DNA of 64,000 nucleotides from Candidatus Jorgensenbacteria bacterium. GTDB taxonomy: Bacteria; Patescibacteriota; Minisyncoccia; UBA6257; GWB1-50-10. Position 1 is the first letter of the stretch; each line of letters starts with the position of its first letter. The notes under the pieces are model-generated. The model did no database searches. It was not told where the DNA came from and worked only from the letters and a program-made list of their open reading frames with translations. The translations under genes and the position numbers were made by a program. The stretch lies in NCBI GenBank assembly GCA_030648515.1, contig JAUSHK010000005.1, positions 162,895-226,894 of the forward strand, in the 5' to 3' direction. This document shows, in pieces, positions 61,377-64,000 of this stretch.

Positions 61377-61614
61377 CACTACCTCCTACGCTCAATTGCG
61401 CGTTTTTATTTTCCTCTCATCCGAGGCGGAACTTGTGGCCATTATGGTCACAGCCAAAAATCTCGGGCTAGGCCAGGAACTTTTGGCTATGACCACTTAA
61501 CATTTGTAAGTTTCTAATGACAATTGTACTATTCTATTTTCTATCTGTCAACTATCCTCAATTCTTGTGATTCACTTTTCGCAATTCTTAAATCCTGAAT
61601 CTTGAATCTTTCCA

Positions 61615-62754
61615 TCACCGAACCACAGCGTTGAATTCAGCCTTCGTGCGGAATTCTATGTCCTTGTGGATTTTGTCCACTTCTTCATTTGTGAGCGTGC
61701 GCTCGTTTGAACGATATGTGATGCGGAATGTATAACTGATTTTATCCTTGCCGAATTTTTCTTCGTTCTCATACTTATCAAAAAGTTTTACCTCTTCAAC
61801 TAAATCCCCCGCGCAGTCGCGGACTATTTCATAATAACTATTTAAGCTCACATTTTTATCAACGACGAATGAAATGTCGCGGTACGTCATCGGATACTTG
61901 CTGACTTCGTGGTACGCGCTGTTTAAATCTTTAAATTGGCTTGTTATCCGCTTGTCGGTTGACCAGAAAATCCGAATGTCTGGAATGTTCATCTTTGTCA
62001 TAGCCAAGCGCTCCAAACCAAAGCCAAACGCCCAGCCGTTATAAACATCCGGGTCAAGTCCCAGTTTTTTCAAAACTTCCGTGTGCACAACGCCGGAACC
62101 TAAAATTTCAAGCCAATTACCATTAAGTTGTATCGCCATTTCAATGCTCGGATTTGTGAATGGAAACGTGTCCTCAGAAATTTTGTATTTCACGTCTGCG
62201 CCGTAAATGTTTTTCGCGATATCGACCAATACTTCCGTGAGCTCCGGTATACCAATAATTTTTTTGTCTTTTTTACACACATACCATCCGTCTATTTGAT
62301 GGAATGCCGGGTAATGTGAGCGGTCAATTTCGTCTTTCCTGTACACCTTGCCATAACATAACGCTCCAACCTCGCCATCCTTTTCTAATCTTTTTCTGGT
62401 TTCTTCTGATAGGTGGTACGGCCACATCACTGTCGTGTGCGTACGGAGTATCCAATCTTTTTCCAGATAGTATGTGTCAGTTTCCCTCCGGCTCGGGTGG
62501 TCCGGCGGCGTGTTCAATAAGTCAAAGTTATTTTTTACGTTTACGATTTCTGGAATTTCCAAAACATCAAAATCTTTAAAACGCGGTATTTTAAGAATCG
62601 CGTCAATAAAAAACTTGAGCGGAGAGCCCACGGTTCTCGTGAGATCAGGCAGTACTAGAAGCCGCTTAATGCGCCGGTTTTTGAAATCGTCTTTTTTCTC
62701 AAGCCACGCAAGGATTGCGTCAGCTTCCCTGTCATCAATCTTTATATTCCTCAT
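61615..62754 (-). CDS. pheS: Phenylalanyl-tRNA synthetase, monomeric chimeric type (alpha catalytic core plus FDX-ACB domain)
   Basis: NFDLLNTPPDHPSR, LRTHT, HYPAFHQ, FPFTNPS, GWAFGFGLERLAM, then SKYP..RDISF...YRSNERTLT. Confidence 0.92.
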   Translation of the reverse strand: MRNIKIDDREADAILAWLEKKDDFKNRRIKRLLVLPDLTRTVGSPLKFFIDAILKIPRFKDFDVLEIPEIVNVKNNFDLLNTPPDHPSRRETDTYYLEKDWILRTHTTVMWPYHLSEETRKRLEKDGEVGALCYGKVYRKDEIDRSHYPAFHQIDGWYVCKKDKKIIGIPELTEVLVDIAKNIYGADVKYKISEDTFPFTNPSIEMAIQLNGNWLEILGSGVVHTEVLKKLGLDPDVYNGWAFGFGLERLAMTKMNIPDIRIFWSTDKRITSQFKDLNSAYHEVSKYPMTYRDISFVVDKNVSLNSYYEIVRDCAGDLVEEVKLFDKYENEEKFGKDKISYTFRITYRSNERTLTNEEVDKIHKDIEFRTKAEFNAVVR

Positions 62755-62755
62755 G

Positions 62756-62827
62756 TTGCGGGGGTGGGAATTGGACCCACTACCTCAAGGTTATGAGCCT
62801 TGCGAGCAACCGTTACTCTTCCCCGCG
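62756..62827 (-). tRNA. Initiator tRNA-fMet(CAT)
   Basis: CGCGGGG/CCCCGCA with C1xA72 mismatch, loop CT-CAT-AA. Confidence 0.9.
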
Positions 62828-62963
62828 TAGTGAGAATACCAAACCCTGGACATATTTTCAACTTGCGCATTCATATGAAAATCGTGTTTAATGATGATAT
62901 CAGCCCACGCCTCTGGCGGGGCGCTGAAAATTATAACTTCGTTTCACATCAGGTAATTTTCGC

Positions 62964-63036
62964 GCCGGCGTAGCTCAGTGGTTAGAGCGAGCGCTTCATA
63001 AGCGTTAGGTCGGAGGTCCGATTCCTCCCGCCGGCA
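62964..63036 (+). tRNA. tRNA with CAT anticodon (elongator Met or Ile2)
   Basis: GCCGGCG/CGCCGGC-A, loop TT-CAT-AA. Confidence 0.9.
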
Positions 63037-63099
63037 CACGAGTTTTCTCCGAGCGTAAGATTGCCAGTTTTAAAAAAGTTGGTACAATAGAAATGTTTT

Positions 63100-63174
63100 G
63101 GGCACGTAGTGTAGCCTGGTTAACACGTCTCCCTGTCACGGAGAAGATCACCGGTCCGAATCCGGCCGTGCCCG
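63100..63174 (+). tRNA. tRNA-Asp(GTC)
   Basis: Loop CT-GTC-AC, G73. Confidence 0.93.
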
Positions 63175-63250
63175 CATTAGTTTTAACGCACAGAACTTTG
63201 TATCGTGTTATAATGTCAGAAAGTCGGAGTTTTGAACTATCACCATAGCT

Positions 63251-64000
63251 ATGTATAAAAAACTATTTCTCATCGGCATTATTTCAGCCATACTCATTGC
63301 ACAAGTAAATGTGGCGTCGGCACAAAGCATTACTGTGGTAACGCCCTTTGAAGCAATACAGGTGATGATACTGCAAATACAGAAGCAGATTGATATATTA
63401 CGCGAGCAAATCGCTCTCTTAACAGCAAAATCCAGTATTATCGCCACTACTACAGCACCAATAGCTGTAACGCAAACTAATTCCCCGGAGCCAGTTTTAA
63501 CGCCGGTTTCAACCTCGTCTCAGTTAGTATCTACATCGTCTATATCAACGGAGGCACTGGTTTCTACTTCGTCCCAATCCAATGCAGTATCTACATCGAC
63601 GGAAACATCTACAATAGTTCCGCCAAATCGTCATGTATCTGGCCCGAATGAATATCTTCCTACTGATACGACGGTAGCTATCCTTAAACCGAACGGCGGG
63701 GAAACATGGCAAACGGGATCGACGCATGCGATTAAGTGGCGTCTCAACGCCGGTAGCAGCTCCGAGGCTTTTAAGACCTCAATCCTTTTACAGTCAGCGA
63801 ATGCGGGCGTCCGTGAAACTGCCGTTACTATTTCCACTTCCACGTTATCAATTGACGGAGAAAATCAGCTTATATGGACTGTTCCACAGACTGTTAATCC
63901 GGCGGCAAACTACCGCGTATATATTCAAATGAACCAAATGGCATACATAACTTCGCTTGTATACGCCACCGGCGATTGGACATATCCAAAAGACGAGTCG
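63251..64000 (+). CDS. Secreted Ser/Thr-rich surface protein, partial (runs off window end)
   Basis: Manual translation MYKKLFLIGIISAILIAQVNVASAQ..., short coiled coil, PNGGETW..GSTHAIKW module; TGTTATAAT upstream. Confidence 0.75.
   Translation, partial: MYKKLFLIGIISAILIAQVNVASAQSITVVTPFEAIQVMILQIQKQIDILREQIALLTAKSSIIATTTAPIAVTQTNSPEPVLTPVSTSSQLVSTSSISTEALVSTSSQSNAVSTSTETSTIVPPNRHVSGPNEYLPTDTTVAILKPNGGETWQTGSTHAIKWRLNAGSSSEAFKTSILLQSANAGVRETAVTISTSTLSIDGENQLIWTVPQTVNPAANYRVYIQMNQMAYITSLVYATGDWTYPKDES

Noticed and set aside
61585-61611. Short AATC(C/T)TG heptamer run after pheS
   Set aside because: Only about three degenerate units with no clear inverted partner; too weak to report separately.

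Overview
Chromosomal window of a Patescibacteria/CPR bacterium, most likely Parcubacteria/Paceibacteria. The assignment is inferred from the divergent 16S rRNA, compact RpoB, short RF1, pilin/LamG and tail-fibre-like surface genes and the gene order. Housekeeping content: rpoC/rpoB, mltG, rodA, tpiA, a VirD4/HerA-type ATPase, a type IV pilus cluster, a stand-alone 16S rRNA, rpmE, rplY, prfA, a glycolysis/pentose-phosphate cluster, pyrG, cysS, dnaB, recR, rplU, cca, recG, an organelle-type monomeric PheRS and 7 conventional tRNAs. Main unusual signals: (1) the 16S 3' end lacks an anti-Shine-Dalgarno and core genes look leaderless or directly abut tRNAs, yet five stand-alone orphan genes carry textbook SD motifs, promoters and terminators; (2) a promoter- and terminator-bounded array of five tRNA-like RNAs with paired acceptor/T arms but altered anticodon loops, D arms or identity bases; (3) a four-helix-bundle (bAvd/IVS-like) gene flanked by inverted 7-mer arrays that recur at starts of pilin and adhesin genes; (4) small palindromic insertions (18 and 30 bp) inside protein genes and a tRNA-like gene; (5) a TrpR-like gene bracketed by the same palindrome; (6) a 12 kb surface locus of cupredoxin-fold and fibre-like proteins. 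All calls come from reading the sequence; no database searches were run.
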